Assembly: GCA_964247055.1 (NCBI GenBank)
Contig: OZ176056.1
Span: 2,604,001 to 2,668,000, forward strand
From: Paragordius varius
Lineage: Eukaryota > Animalia > Nematomorpha
Direction: 5' to 3'
Length of the DNA stretch: 64,000 nt
This document shows, in pieces, positions 33,741 through 46,400 of the stretch. Positions within the stretch are counted from its first letter, which is position 1; each line of letters starts with the position of its first letter. Position numbers and translations under genes: made by a program. Below the pieces are notes generated by a model. The model was not told the DNA's origin and did not search any database. It saw only the letters and a program-made list of their open reading frames with translations.

Positions 33741-36700
33741 ATGAGATCCAAAATGTATCTTGTATATTTGGTGTGGATTTTAGCTATGTTGACAGCAGGT
33801 ATTCAAGCTATCGCATTAAGAGGTAAATCCTTTTTATCAGTTTAATTAATTTTTAATAATCTAACACGACCGTTAACGATTTTCACCGTTGATAACGCCT
33901 GTTAGGAATTGAACCGATGAATTTACAATTATATAATAATAACAAATGTAACTATTGCCCATTTTTTATTTAATACATTGAACTGGTGGTCACCAAAAAA
34001 ATGAAAAGGACCGCCCGATAAAAATTTCATAGCTGTTTTGGCACATTTGCAGATATCAATCCAAAAAATAAATAATTTATGGGTTTAAAAAGCACTTTTA
34101 GAACCGCATGCGGTCTGTGTGCCGCGGTTTGAATCCTCTGCGCAAGATTGGCATGCGCAATACCCATTTTGAAAAGTCAATCTTAATCCTGTTTTTTTGG
34201 GGTTTTTTACCATATTGTTTGGATAACTTTCGTTGCACAATTCAAGTGATTTCGTTAATAATCAGAATCTCTTGTGAGTTATCTATCCAAATTTTATTTC
34301 CATCTCATTCTTTGTTGATTCTTTTCATAATTAATGTTTAGTAGCTGCACATCATAATCTATATAACAGCCCCGTATTTACCTTTTATATTTGCCGGACA
34401 AAACATTCCGCAATTGACCAGTTTATTTTAATTTCCTAATTGATATTTTAAAGTTCATACAAACACTCTACATAAAATTGGGGGGTATAAAAATTAAATA
34501 AATATGTTCTCATGGTGTTTTAGGTTTTGGGCTTAAGAGGGCGAAAAGAGAATCATTAAGTTTTTGTAATAACTATTCCATATCGAAAATCGCAAAATTT
34601 GACATTATGCTTAATAAATTTTTTGGTAAAAACTAAATATCATTAAAACATATAATATATTTTAAAGTTAAGTCAAACATTATAAATTAAATTTCTCGAA
34701 ATCCTTAAATTCCAATTCAAACGTTTGTTCCTAATTTGAGTTTAACTAAATATGTTTTTTGTAATAGTAAAATTTAAAAAAAAAATGTTTTAATCGTGGA
34801 TATTCTGATGAATAGAAATTAGCGTCATCAATTTATAGAGAAAAGTGTTTAGGAATGTCTTATGGTGTTTAAATTTTACCATGCTCCAAAATACCATAAA
34901 TTATGGTTTATAAAATTTTTCTAAAAATCAAATATTCATTTATAAAAAAATATTTTATTGTTGTCATAATCTCGCCTTTTTTTAAAATTACTAAACCATT
35001 TTATAAATTTAAGACTTCCATAGCCCACAACTAATTATGATATAGAAATTATGTTGATCAAAATTATGTTAGATAATTTTTGGATTGAAGCATTCTTTCA
35101 GCAAAAAAACTATATTTAATAAAATATGCATAAATTTTGAGATTTCTTAATATAAATTCATAACCACAAAAAAATATTTTTCTAAAGTGGTAAGGTCCAA
35201 AACCAAAAGCACTATGAGAATCATGATGCCATTTATTATAGGATAATTTTTTCTGTGCACTGTGTTTATGTTTATTGATTTTAGGAACATATAATTTCTA
35301 TAGTTATTAAGTACCAATTTTCGTTAAGTTCTAATTGGAAAGTTTTTTAAAAACTGCTGTACATTCTATTAAATTAAACTTTATCTAAAAATAAAAAAAA
35401 TTGGGTTTCTCAGCATGCAAAAATTCGAGCCACCCAAATTCTACCAACTTTTAAATTTTGTCCCTACGCAGAATAAACAACGGACTTTATGGCAAAGTCT
35501 TTGAAATATTCCTTAAACTTTCGGTTAAGTCGAATAGGACAATGTTTGTGATATCTTCTCTAAATGTTTTCCACAACCTTTAATAATACTTCTATTCATC
35601 AATTTTTAAAGCGGTAATAATTAATTTTCTCCAAACAAAATATAATCTAATTTATTAGATATCTATCTCAAATATATCCCAATTGATAATATTTACATAA
35701 TCCAATTATAGCAGTAATTAGCCTAAAAGTTTGGAACAATAAGCTTAAACAGTAATAAAATATCAAAAACATTAAAACTTTTTTAAACCTTAAATAAATA
35801 ATTACAAGGTAGGACTGCATTTAAACATAATTTTTATTTCCATATTTTAGATTTGGGTGAATTCAATGGAGCCGACTCTGGTATATTTTGTTTTTTTTTT
35901 TTCATATATAAAAATTTATTGTTTTCTAATAATTAAATTTTCTTTATCCTAGCAACTCTTACCGCTCAAAGGAAGAAAATCAATGAGAAAGGTAGCTCAA
36001 GGCGTTATATAGGTGTAAATATTAATAGCGGCAGAAATGTGGATTAAAAATAAACGTTTATAAATTTTATATCATTTGATAGCAAAAGTCGCAGGATAAT
36101 GAATATCGAAATGATAAATGCGGTTAACATAGTAGAAAAAGCTATTATACCTTTCTGCTATAAGCCAACTTCAAAAAAGTGCATTTTTTATGGCACATCA
36201 GGTTGAATAAAATTAAATAGAAAAAAAAGCAATTAAAATTTTGTTATTAAGTACGTAGAGGCACCACCTCCAAAATCAGGAAAAAAACCTGATGAAATAT
36301 ATATTCTGATAGGTTGTCACGATTATCGATGCTTTTAGTTTTGGCCCTTTCGAGTGATTTAAGAAAGTTACACTTTTATGGTTAGTTCTCATATCAAAAA
36401 ATGGCAAAATTTCCGCACATTTATAAATAAAATTTTGAAAGCTAAATTCCCAAGAAATATCACTAAAAATATTATAAACTACACATGTAAAGCAAAATAA
36501 TATTTTAATAATTCTAATTTTTAGATATGGGCCTTCGAAAATCCCAAATTTTTTCCTCTTCTATAATAGGCCAGTCCTCTTAAAATACACAAAAATACAG
36601 GGATTGCGCGATAAAAATTTAAATGTAATTTTGATTTCGACTAAAAATATTTTTTAAAAAAAACGTACTTTTTTAGCAAAATTTTGTTGAAACGTACTTT

Positions 36701-37943
36701 ATACTATTTTATGTCATAATGGAAAATTAAAAGGTTGATATCATAAAAACAGCTTTTCTACATAATTCGATGCTGAACATTTCTAACACCGCAGAATTTG
36801 ATTAAAATACTCGTTCATCTTCAAATATATGTTAAATATGGGGCCTTTTTTTTAAACTTCCCAATATTCTTAAGCATACAAACCTTTAAATTACAATTCT
36901 GAAGCTATAGAAATGCTTAGCCTCATCGAATCATTAACAAAAAGTGTTTTTATATTATTTAAAAACTTTTTAAAACCTTTCCACATGACTCAAAATAGTA
37001 TGAGATACGCTTCAACAATATTTTGCTAATTTTCAAAAAAGTATGTCATTTTTTAAAAAATATTTTTCCATAGTTAGCACAATTTTAAATTTTTATCGCG
37101 CAATCCCGGCATTTTTGCGATTATTACAAGTAGACTAGCCCATTGTAGAAAAGCAAAATAATTTGTGACTTTCCAAGCCTACATCTAAAAATTAAATTTT
37201 TTTAAAAATTTTGTTTATATGTAGTTAATTAAGTTAAAAATAAAAATTATCTTTTCTGTATAATAAAAAGTTTTTATGATTCATTTTTAAACGCTAAAGT
37301 GCAATTATTTAGCTTTATTGTAAGTCTTTCTTGGATTATCTGAAAAATATGAAAACTTATCGATAATAATTGTATTTATCGTGGCTCATATTAACAAGTT
37401 GACGTGTTTTCCTCTATTGCATTTAATTTTATTCGACCTAAAATCCGATAATAATGCGATATTTTAACTTTGGCTTATTAAAGAAAGTTTTATTTCTAGC
37501 GTATATATAATTGGCATATTCTTTAAAGCATTTTTTAGCTGTTGAATAATATATGATTCATAAACATTTATTTTTTGCACCTCATTTTCGCTGCCAATAT
37601 TTATATTTTATACTAAAATATATTTTTATTAGAGGCTTTATATAAAATAATTAAAATTATACGGATAAAACATAAATATTTGATTATTAAAAATATAATT
37701 AATTGTGGTACCAATTTACCTCTTTGCAGCTAATAACAATTAGTTATATATTTAAATCAAGTTTAAAAAAAGAAGAGCGTTTTTGCAAAAAATATCTTTA
37801 TATTTAAGTTTGGCCCGTATAATTTTAATTTTAAATAAATAATCTATTTTTTCAGTAAGTTTATAAAATTTAAAAATTAGGTCTTGATGATTTTTGCCAA
37901 AATGACTGCAAAGATTCGAAAGGATTCTGCTCAATTTGCTCAG
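33741..37943 (+). CDS. Candidate micro-exon gene 2: signal-peptide exon followed by symmetric phase-1 exons, secreted protein, 3' end not found
   Basis: Exon 33741-33822 encodes MRSKMYLVYLVWILAMLTAGIQAIALR with a phase-1 AG|gtaaat donor. Downstream 3n, phase-1-open AG..GT islands: 33906-33947(42), 35851-35880(30, LGEFNGADS), 35953-35991(39) or 35953-36012(60), 36259-36312(54, APPPKSGKKPDE), 36339-36353(15, after a 26-nt intron), 37881-37943(63, LDDFCQNDCKDSKGFCSICS). Confidence 0.5.
36478..37225. mobile_element. Foldback/long-TIR element in an intron of candidate MEG-2
   Basis: Arms such as GGGATTGCGCGATAAAAATTTAAA (36600) / TTTAAATTTTTATCGCGCAATCCC (37085). A related fragment lies at ~28900-29110. 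Confidence 0.7.
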
Positions 37944-38649
37944 GTAGTTTTGCGTGATTTTTTGAAAAAAATATTAATATAAAATGTGTTTAAAGGAGTG
38001 TCTAAAGTTTAGTATTTAAACTTTTTATCATTATAATGTATAAATTGCGTTAAGAACTAACTCTACTAAGCTTTTATTATTTAATTAAATTTGTAAATAG
38101 AGCAAAAATTGAAAAAGAAAAAACGTAAAAATTAAACGGTCATTTTGTATATAATTCCAATTTTTACTGTTGGTCAAATTTTAGGCGCATTATTTTACAA
38201 ATCTAATTTTTATGGTTTAATTATATTTTACTATAAAAAACGTTCTACAATGTTTGTTACCAATCGTTTTTTTTAAATATTTATATATACAAAATTGATT
38301 TTTTATCATCAAACTTATTTTTATTATTGAAAAAGGCAAAAATTACTATTTTAGACGTTTATGAGCTTAATAATTGCCAATATAACAATTTATTCTCATA
38401 TATATTATATTATATGATAAAAAAACTAGATATTTAGGGTGATTTTGAAAACAATTGGGGGAGTTTAAGATTTTTTAATGACTAAATAAATATACAAGGT
38501 GTAGACTTAAGTTATTACCGGTTTTACTAAGAGAAGACGTAACCAAAAATTATGCAGACGATTAATTTGTTAGTTCTTTTGTTTTTCTACATTAAACTAC
38601 AAACACCCGTCAGCCAAAAGGTAGCAACTTGTTTTTATTATTCAGTAAT

Positions 38650-39420
38650 CATGTCGAATTTAGTGCGTGAAAAAGAAAATTTGCAGCACGCCTCACACCA
38701 TCAGAAGAAAAAGGGCTGTTATAAATAATTATTTGCTGTTAGAAACATATGTTAAACATATTCTAGCACTTTGTAGGCTCATAACTGAGAGGATGCTAAA
38801 GTTGTAGATTTATTGAATAATGATTCAACTCAAACTTTACAATTATTGGCAGAAGCAATAAATGTACAATCAATAGTGACTAGCAATGAAATGGTTTTAA
38901 CACAATTAGGATAAACGTCAAATCAAAACTCGCAAAGTACAGCTTTCTACGAAAAAAGAAATTATTTTTACATTGTTAAGGGTGAAATAAATAGCCATTT
39001 GTAAATACAACTGGAAAAAATCGTACCTAATCAAGCCGATATCTACACCAAAGCTAATTTCGACATAAAAAACATGTTTGTTTGGTGAAAATGAACTATC
39101 TGAAACCCGATGACACTATTAATGCAAAGTCACAAAAAACAAATCAATAATTTGAACCATGTATTAATCAAAAAACAGTCAGAAGATAAAACAAAGTATT
39201 TAGTACATGACAATGTTACTTTATACACAGGAAAACCAGACTTTGAAATCGTTTTGATGGAATTGTTACGCATCCGCGAAACTCTTCTAACCTGGTGCCA
39301 TCTAACTAATATATCTTCACATCAATAGGACACACCTTCGCAGTGCAGCACTTCATAATTTTGAAGACATTGAAATATGGCTTAAAAAATAGTTTTCTCC
39401 GAAATACCTTTAATGCAATA
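38650..39420 (+). pseudogene. Mariner transposase relic
   Basis: Degenerate translations EDAKVVDLLNNDSTQTLQLLAEAINV, LNHVLIKKQSEDKTKYLVHDN, THPRNSSNLVPSN, NFEDIEIWLKK match the mariner HTH, HDNARPH and PHPPYSPDLAPSD regions. Many stops and frameshifts. Confidence 0.75.
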
Positions 39421-39499
39421 TTATGAATAAAATTTGCTGTTATTTTAGAATATATATCTTTTAAAGGATATCAATTATTTATTCATCAAAGCGATTTTA

Positions 39500-40075
39500 A
39501 AGTGCCTTTCACTGGTATCGCTGTGCATGATGAACATTGTATATCAAAATACTTTATCTTGTCTTCTGGCCCATTTCAATTGTTTTCGATTTTTCATCAG
39601 GTTTGAAAAGTATATAATATACAATACCTTTCTGGTCACAACGCATCGTTTTCTTGCCGAAATCATAATAGAACGGCTTGGTGAGCCACGACTTTTTGCT
39701 TTGGATTACAAAATAAAGCCATCTCTCGAACTGATAATTATTTCTTATCGTAACGTTGAAGCAGGGTTTCACAAGTCATTTGCGATTTTTGATTTGACGT
39801 TATTCAAATTGTGTGGCTCTTTATTGAAGTATTTTGTGATACATTTTATGCTTTTGCCAATTGTGTTTAAATTTAATTGAATCCTCATCTAATTCGAACT
39901 TTAGCGCCATCTCAGTGGTGTGGTCTGCCAATCTTACATTTACATAAATCACAACTTTTCGCCATGTTTCATGTGCGTTAATAAATAGAGCATGTTCACC
40001 ATATATTTCTGACAGCAAACGGTTATTCTTAACAGCCTTTTTCTTTTTATGCCAATGCGTGCCGGAAATGTTCTT
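39500..40075 (-). pseudogene. Second mariner transposase relic, opposite orientation
   Basis: MLSEIYGEHAL (N-terminal HTH), ELDEDS, ERWLYF..SKKSW, GKKTMRCDQKGIVYYILFKPDE match the mariner MLxEVYGE and KxMLCxWWDxKGVVYYELLKPGE motifs. Confidence 0.8.
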
Positions 40076-40331
40076 ATTACAGTCGACATAATTAGTGATA
40101 GACGCTGGTTTATAGTGAACTTAACTAGTGGGTTTTTGTCGTTTAATGTCAGAAATGGGGTATGAATAAAAAATCGTCATATTACTTTTAGTTAACGTAT
40201 TCTTAGTTAATCGGTTATAAATTATGACTTCTGGTTTATATCATAATATAATTCAAATGAAAGCATAGGGTTTAAAGTTATGCGTAGTAAATTATCCTAA
40301 TCGATGTTATAAAAACCTTTTTAGTTTAAAA

Positions 40332-40597
40332 CAGGGGTGCCAAGACAAATGGCTTCGCGGGCCGCATTGAAATATATATGGGCGCTCATGAATATTATAT
40401 TAAATATAAACACAAGACTGGAAAAGGAAAACGGAACGTAGCAATTTTTCGTTTTTGCTATTTGGATAGACTTATTTGGTGAAAATTACAGAATTATTAA
40501 TTTATTTATGATTTTTTAATCACATTATTGTAAATTATGGATTTCGAATTTTTCGTGAACCGCACACAAAGTCTCGAAGGGCCGCATGTTGGCCATG
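40332..40597. mobile_element. hAT-type MITE
   Basis: Starts CAGGGGTGCCAA with the subterminal CGCGGGCCGCAT motif, ends GGGCCGCATGTTGGCCATG. Flanks GTTTAAAA / GATTAAAA (7/8 TSD). Confidence 0.65.
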
Positions 40598-40771
40598 GAT
40601 TAAAACATAAGTTTAATTTCAACTTTTTTTATTTATGCATACAGCATTGAACGGAAAGCCGATAGAGAATCACAATCAGAAATAAATGATTTTATATTTA
40701 CCATGGTCAATTTTTAAAATAAATATTTTCCTTTTTTTATACAATCGAAAAATCCATTTTTAAAATGAATA

Positions 40772-43367
40772 CTATGTGGAACTGTTTAATAACAGTTTAC
40801 ATTTATGATAATGTAAAATAACGCAGCAGATAACGGGTAAAATATATCTTTCTCTATAAACTTTATATGACTTAACACATTTGTAATCAATATTTTTGTG
40901 AAGAGGTTCAAGCAGCACTGTAATTTTTAGGGGTTTTCGCAACGCGATCGTTTCCTGCTGAATATTATTCGATGAAATTCGTAATGCACTTTTGCGCAAA
41001 ATAAATGATAAAACATTCGATTCCTCGCGGCCTTGCAAAGTGTTAGGGGAATCAAGATAAAAAATTTGATATTTAAGTGAAAACATTTTGCATGTATGCT
41101 TGTAGGTAGATCGTCGAAGAGCTTTTTGTTTGTTGGGAAATAGATAATTTTTTGGAGTTAAATATGGAAATTGGTCACCATAATTTATTGTATGGTACTT
41201 TATGGTATAAAATGGGCTACTTAAAATTTGATTGCTTCCATTTAAGCATAATAATGGCGTTTGTTTCAGCCTCCTTGTATCACCACATTGATAATTTTTA
41301 TAATCTTTAGGGGTTGAATCTCGTTTGTTAGCAAGGGGAAAAATATAAGCGGTCTGACCAAATGGATGAAACGTATAAAGATCTGAATAATCCCATAAAT
41401 CACAAATGTTATATTGAGGCATCATCCAGTATGCATTCTTTGTAGCAACAACTTTCTTCGAGTTTAACGTTTCTTTATATGAATTCAATTTTGATTCTTT
41501 AGCAGTGATATCTTGGTCGGTAACAAATGTTTTTGGTTTATTTAAATTATTTGTAGAGAATGCTTTCTCATCAAGAAAATTTTCCGTTTTTAGGGTATGT
41601 TTTTCCAATTTTTGACCCCCAAAAATTTTTTGATAAAAATTGTTGCGATCTATTTTACGATTTATCAATGGTATGAGGTTAGCCGGGCTAACAAATCGAT
41701 TGGTATACAAATAAAAAAGGATAAAACACAAAACAACCATGACAAAAATTATAAGCAGAAAATATCCCAGAAACCCATTAAAATTGCCAACATTTAGCCT
41801 GTCATTCCTTTGATGCAGAGGAGAAGGTGGTACATTAAAATTGTGTAATTTGCCATGTGAAATACCGTTACATTCCTATTTTTATACAAACAAAAAAAAT
41901 AAAATTAAATATTTTATTCCAAACCAATAAAGATTACCCATTTCCCAGCCATCTTACATTTAAAAAACGCGTTTTGAAATATTGGAAAACCTTTAGGTTT
42001 GAGCTAAAAAACAACTTTGGGGAAAATAAAATATATACTTTGATAGCCAGAAAAATTGTCCAAATCTTTTTAACATTGTGCGGGAATAACATGTGACAAG
42101 AATAGAGACCTATTATTAAAGAAAAATTAGATATTAAGCATAGTCTAAATTCTTAAACCATAGAAACGACTCCCCAGAGTTAGCTCTTTTTTAAAACCGC
42201 TAACTATTAATTCAACATTCAATCCATAAAACACAAACCCATTTAATTATTTTTGATAGTATAGTGCTTTAAAAATCAGAAGTTAAGGCATTTTTTAAAA
42301 CTGAATTTAAATTATTTGTGCCAATGAAATATCCAAAATTACCTTGATCTGCACAAGTTAAATGTTTGATTTTAAGCGTATTCCTTTTTTCACCAATGTT
42401 AGTTTGTTGCGCTTGGGGAAATAAATTAATTGATTCCCAAAAAGCATCTTTTTGGAACTGATGGCTACATTCCAAGTTTATCTTTTGTGGATAAAAATGT
42501 AAGGCTTTAGTAAATTTTTTTTACAATCTATTTCTATTCGCTTTAAAAAGTATAAAAAACGCACTTTATTATGAAGATGTTCTTGAATAATCACAAATGT
42601 TTTTCCATAGCTTTTAGGGACTTTTTTAAGAAGGGTGTGAGGAGCATGGCCAATATTTAAAATATAAAATGTTTGGCTTGAAATAGCATCCATCCATTTA
42701 TTAATACCGAGAAATTCCATATTCGATTCTTAGCAGGAATATTAAAGAAAATTAAATAATACTATTAAAATGGCTTTCTTCTGAATCATGAATATTAATT
42801 TTATCTCTGTCCTTATGAAAATATATTTTATTGTCTGATAAAGTGTTTGATGTTTCAAAATTTTTTGTCCGATTTTGCGGGTATTTGACATTAATTTTGG
42901 ATAAATTTAACCAATCTAAAATGTATTTGGTTAAGCTTTGCGGCTGTTTGATAGACAAAGTATTGTTTTCAAACTTTTTATTCGGAGAAAACTTATACAA
43001 AAAATAGTATGTATCAGTAAACTGATTCTGTAATTTCAATTCTTCCTGCGTTTTTAAATGGAATCGATCTAAGGGAATATATAATTATTACATTTATGAA
43101 ACAGTAAATTATCATGTTAAAGAGAAAAAAAAACTTTAAACCTACTTAAACAATAACATACTATACACCCATTTTGATATTTATCTAAAATAAGGATTAA
43201 ATCATTCCTTTGACACTTGGGACAGGCTCTAACTTTACAAAAGTTTGGTTGATGATTTTCTAAAAATTATTTGGCAATCAAAATAATAGTTTTAAACCCA
43301 TAAGCTCCTCAAGATCAAATACGTCTTTCTGTGACCCAAAAATAATGCTATAATTTCCAATCTTCAT
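40772..43367 (-). CDS. Unknown multi-exon gene, probably a single-pass membrane protein (may be two genes)
   Basis: ATG at 43367 opens MKIGNYSIIFGSQKDVFDLEELM-ENHQPNFCKVRACPKCQRND...CIVCYC. ORF pieces 42752-43039, 42478-42720 and 42269-42475 can be linked by a 34-nt intron and a one-base shift in an A8 run. The long ORF 40772-41740 extends upstream in frame to an AG near 41877 and includes the hydrophobic stretch GFLGYFLLIIFVMVVLCFILFYLY, followed by about 300 aa. No family recognised. Confidence 0.4.
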
Positions 43368-43469
43368 AATAAAACTTTTTAATATTAAAGAATAATGTAT
43401 CTAATAGAATGTTCCAAATTTATTAAGGTATAATAAAAAATAATGAGAATAATAATTCATTAATAAAAA

Positions 43470-46400
43470 TCAAGTATTTTCCGGTTTTGTCTCTATATAA
43501 TCTGGCAATTTTTGTGGTGTGTATATAAAATCTCCAAGTTTTGAGTATTTTATGCATTTGTACGTGGATCTATATAAATTAAAGTAATTTATAAAAATTA
43601 AGTATTAGAAAAGTGTAAAATCTTTTAATACAGTAAAAATTATAATTATACGGACAAAATGTAAAAATATAAAGAAAAATCTAAAAGGCAACCATAGTTT
43701 TTCAAACCTTAATATATCCTATTTAAATATTTAATTTTTATCGTATAATACTTAAATTGCTTGTGTTATCAATTTACAACTTTATATCCTACTTAATAGT
43801 TTGAAACAATGTGTCATCATTGTAAAAATTAAGATTCAAAAAGTCAATGGTTGTCTTTGACAAAAAAATATATGTCTCTATATTTTTACGTTTTGTCCGT
43901 ATAATTTCAATTTTTACTTTTTAATATTTATTAATAAATCGTAAATTAAAACTAAAAGTAAAAAAAACCTTTCACAATTCGATTTAGTAGCTATAAAATC
44001 TTGAATTTCTCCTTGAGGCGTGCACATTCTACAGTGGCTATGACCATGCCTTAATAAAACAGGTGCTACTATACGGTTTAATTGATGTTCTTCAACTATC
44101 AAATAAATAAAATTTGTTAAAAATGAAATTTATATATAATTAAACATGTCCTAAATTATGGTAAATACTACATGCAATAATATCATTGATTTGTGCTTGT
44201 TACTTATATTAACTAAACTTTTCAAGGGTTTATATGGTAAAAAGTTTTTTTATTACATGCTCACCAATTATTTAGTAATATTTCAAAATAAAATATTAAG
44301 CATTTAAAATATTTTATAGTCAAATTAAAAAACTAAACAAAAATATCCTAAAATGTAATCTTAATTGATTTAATCATTGGTTAAATAAAAATAAAAAAAC
44401 ATTTTTTTTATTTAAAAAAATCAAAATTTTCGTGAAAAAACATATTTACTTTTTTTTCAATAACATTATTTAGTTGAAGCTTTTTATGCGCACATAAAAA
44501 TATCGGATAAAGTATTTTAAGGCAATAAAAAAACGATTAAAAAATTATAAATTTTACTGGATATATACTGCTCTCTATTTATAAATTATTTTAAATAAAA
44601 AAATTTAATCAAAAAATATGAATATTTTAAATAAAATATCTAATAAAATAAAATATTTTTACCTCCTGGCGTTTCATTCGGATCACAAATTTCAAAGACA
44701 ACATATGAATATGGTTCTTGTAAAACCTCATCACGAGTAGGCTAAATATACATATATATATATATATATATTATTTATGCAAAAAAGTTAAAATATATTT
44801 TTTAAAAAATTAATATATTTATAAATAATTTTATTATTTAAGTAAAAGAAGTTTTTTTAGTAAACAACAAACCAAACATTCAACTCTTTTTCGGACCATA
44901 TATAAAAATCACTGATATTCATATAAATAGGTTATATATTATCCTATATTTTTTACCATAAAAAATATTATATGGGAAATTATATTTCATACAATTTAAT
45001 TTTAAAAATGACACTTTATTATCAATCTAATCGATAAGTATGGGTCAACTCATAATTATTAAATTGAAAAGTAATTTCCATATTTACATAAAAATAATTA
45101 AGAATCAACATTAATATCCCTAAAAATAAATAATTACCCAATTTAAAAATTTAAAATTAAAATTCATATGATAGAAATAAATTAAACCAATTTACATTAA
45201 AAAAGCTGGTTAAAAAACAGTAAAAACATTTTAAAATTAAAAAAAACCTCAACAATTTTTAAAGGCTTATATTTAACGGTAAAGGCACATGGAGAATTGC
45301 GTAATATAGATTGGGGTCGGGGACATTTGAACTGAGAATGTGGACACTAAAATTTTATTTTATGCATTATATAAATTTTATAATTAATAAAATTGGAAAA
45401 CTAAAACAATAAACTAAAGTTTTTTTTATTAAGAAAACCAATTTTTTGAGTTTTAGGGTTTCAAGAAATATACAATATATCCCCCAGTTGTATTCATTTA
45501 TTATTAAAAAATTATGTAAATTAATATTTTGTGTTTTTTTAAAATAATCAATTAAGTTTTAAGCTTTGTGGTAAAAATTTTACTTATACAGTAAAAAATA
45601 TAGTCATATAGAAAGTAGCTAACAAGTAAAACTCATTTTTTTTTGAAAAAAATATTTTTTAATTGTTAAATAATTTATATGATTACAGTATTGTGATATA
45701 TATAAATTGAGTGTCTATGAAAATTATTTTCTTAATTTAAAAATTGGTTTTTCTTATGGTTTCATTTCAAAATTTAACGTTTTTTTAGAAAAATATATTT
45801 AACAAAAAATAAATCAAAATTCGTATCTTACAGGGGCAAGAATTTTGAGGCTAATATTGTTGAAATTTGATTTATTGCTTTTCTTCACCTAATCATAGGG
45901 TAAAAAATATAATTTTATAAAGATTATCAATAAAATTTATTATTAAAAAAACTTCATATTTTACCAAATTTAAAATGTATTTTCTGGCTTGCAAAATCGT
46001 TTCGAAACCCAAGGAGGACCCATATTCAACAAATATCTATAATAATTTACACATGCGATATGTAAAAAAAGTTATTTAAAAAGATTAGAACTACACAATG
46101 CAAATTTGATTTTAAAATAAAAATTAATTCCTTGAACAGATTAAATATAAATCTAAATAATTTTTTTGATTTTATTAAAAAAACGTAAACATAGCCAAAA
46201 AACTATAAAATTTACATAAAAAAGCCACAATTTGTATAAATTCCTCAAGGTTATTTGAAAAGTGTAATAGATTAATACGTACAAATTCTAATATATTTTA
46301 AGATCTTAAAAATAAAAAATAAAATAATAATTATTAATCAGAGTCAGTAATACATTACTAAAAATAATATTCAAACTAAAAAGATTACCATATAATATAA

